From positions 372,001 to 436,000 of the forward strand of contig JAQGDQ010000156.1 of NCBI GenBank assembly GCA_030141605.1: a stretch of 64,000 bases of DNA, read 5' to 3'. Below are positions 62,519 through 64,000 of this stretch, one piece after another. The notes under the pieces were generated by a model. It made no database searches. It saw only the letters and a program-made list of their open reading frames with translations, and was not told the DNA's origin. Numbering within the stretch: position 1 is the first letter of the stretch; the number at the start of each line of letters is the position of its first letter. This DNA is from Tubiluchus corallicola (taxonomy: Eukaryota; Animalia; Priapulida). Made by a program: the position numbers and the translations under genes.

Positions 62519-63430
62519 GAAGCTTGTAAATAATGGTGCTTAAAGCAAGATTAATTAACATTTTGTATGTTTAAAGCAAAGCGAAACATTGTTTGTGCTG
62601 CGCTGACGTCATTAACGTAGCAGTAGTCTTTCCGTTGACGTGGCATAATCTGAATTTTTCCGGTAAGCTTTGCAGTGTATAAAAGTTTACTAATTTAGAG
62701 GTTAGCAGATGTCACCCTTATGCAGTGTTAGCTTCCTCTGTTGTGATATTGTACAAAGTTATTTGCTGTACATTTTCTTCACTTGTATAGACCTGTGCGA
62801 TGTATTAACCTGAGTCACTGAAAGGTTTTTTAAATTCGACTTCAAGGAGAAACTCGCAATGAAATGTTGGAGAAATACTGCATTTCTTGCAATTTGTTTT
62901 ACATGTAGGAAATTTATTTAATTCAGAGAACAAAGCGTAAATTCTTTTTATTGTGGAGATTTTCACTTGCTAAGCCGTAATTTTTTTTCGTTATTGTTTT
63001 TCGACAAACATTGTTGACAACATTTCCAAAATTGTTTGATTAGTTTTTAGTTAGAGTGCAGCTAAATTTGTAGCAAGATAACATTTAGTTCTTGTGTGCA
63101 AGACAGTCTTCTATAAGGCTCATGGTGTCGCATCAGATTCATTTATTTTTGTTATCTGCTGGTTTTGTATATACGAATGTTGTATATTTATTGATTTATT
63201 TTAGAGATACGTTGTTATTGTAGAGTATAATACACCACTTACCTGTTATGATTTGAAGAAAAGTTTAGTGTTAGTTCTGTTTGCAGGCATAGTGCGCATG
63301 CTTAACGAGATATTCAAGCCTACATGTTTTCATAAAGAGTAATTTTCTGTATATTTTCTCATAAACATCGTCAGGGATGTGAAATGGAACGGAAATAACA
63401 TGTAATAAATTTAAACAGTAATAATAATTA
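62005..63430 (+). other. Probable 3' UTR with candidate polyA signal AATAAA at 63404-63409 (second at 63582) and Pumilio-type TGTAHATA at 62525 and 63166
   Basis: TG/AT-rich non-coding sequence after the stop. Motifs are seen directly; the end of the UTR is inferred. Confidence 0.5.
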
Positions 63431-64000
63431 CTGTTTTAAGCAACTTTAAGTATCGATTACTTTCCCTATTGATCGATTATTGAGTGATTACTTTTTTAGC
63501 CTAAAGTTTGATTTTTACTGCCAGAAAAACAATCCTGTAAACAGTCGGTTTTAAAACTCTCCAGGATGAATCCTGCTGTATAATAAATGTTTACAGGTTG
63601 TCTTACTCTCCAAATAATGGATGAGTTATTTGTGGTAAAAATTTCTAGTATCACTGATGCTACTTCTACCTGAAAGGCAGTAAATATCACATTTCGTGTT
63701 TTGTATCTGAAGTAGCTACTGCTCATTTACAGTAGTAATTGTGATGTTTGCCTGTGCACTTTCTTGGATATTATCTGGTTCTTTATGAGAAAGTAAAGAG
63801 AATTTGGGGTATTGTTCTATAGATGGCGGCACTGTATTTGACTTCCTTCTTTGACCTGAGTTTCTGCAAAGGTATCTGTCGCATGGTCGACGTAATCTTT
63901 TGATGTAACTTTTTTCTTAACATGTTTCATTTCGAAAACTTAATAGGCAAATCTAATCTAAATGTCACCTATGTAAATATTTTTTGTTAAAACTAAACCT

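Noticed and set aside
63372-63500. CAGGGATG start with GATTAC repeats, possibly a hAT MITE end
   Set aside because: No matching second terminus found.
63822-63860. ATGGCGGCA as the start of a downstream gene
   Set aside because: Stops within a few codons; the motif is common in repeats.

Overview
AT-rich eukaryotic DNA, probably from an invertebrate animal, not a prokaryote. Almost the whole window is one + strand, intron-rich gene for a MAST-family kinase (microtubule-associated Ser/Thr kinase: DUF1908 + AGC kinase + PDZ). I assembled the exons by hand. Conserved coding exons run from 19017 to the stop at 62004, and splice phases match at every junction. Adding two upstream exons (6832-7172, 16611-16752) gives a 23-exon, 4719-nt ORF (1572 aa). 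Main points: (1) several candidate alternative ATG-initiated first exons in the 20-kb intron, all splicing in frame to one acceptor; (2) a Cys-rich, SP-repeat N-terminus I do not recognise; (3) a GC-AG last intron; (4) a frame-preserving 36-nt microexon; (5) most of the kinase core on one 697-nt exon; (6) tandem duplications spanning splice sites. The introns hold MITE-type DNA transposon remnants (Harbinger-, hAT-, Tigger/pogo- and Kolobok-like), 5S- and tRNA-derived fragments, and five tandem arrays. There is no CRISPR array, intact RNA gene or autonomous transposase. Most short ORFs in the track are noise. Comparisons with vertebrate MAST and with element families are from memory, not from searches.
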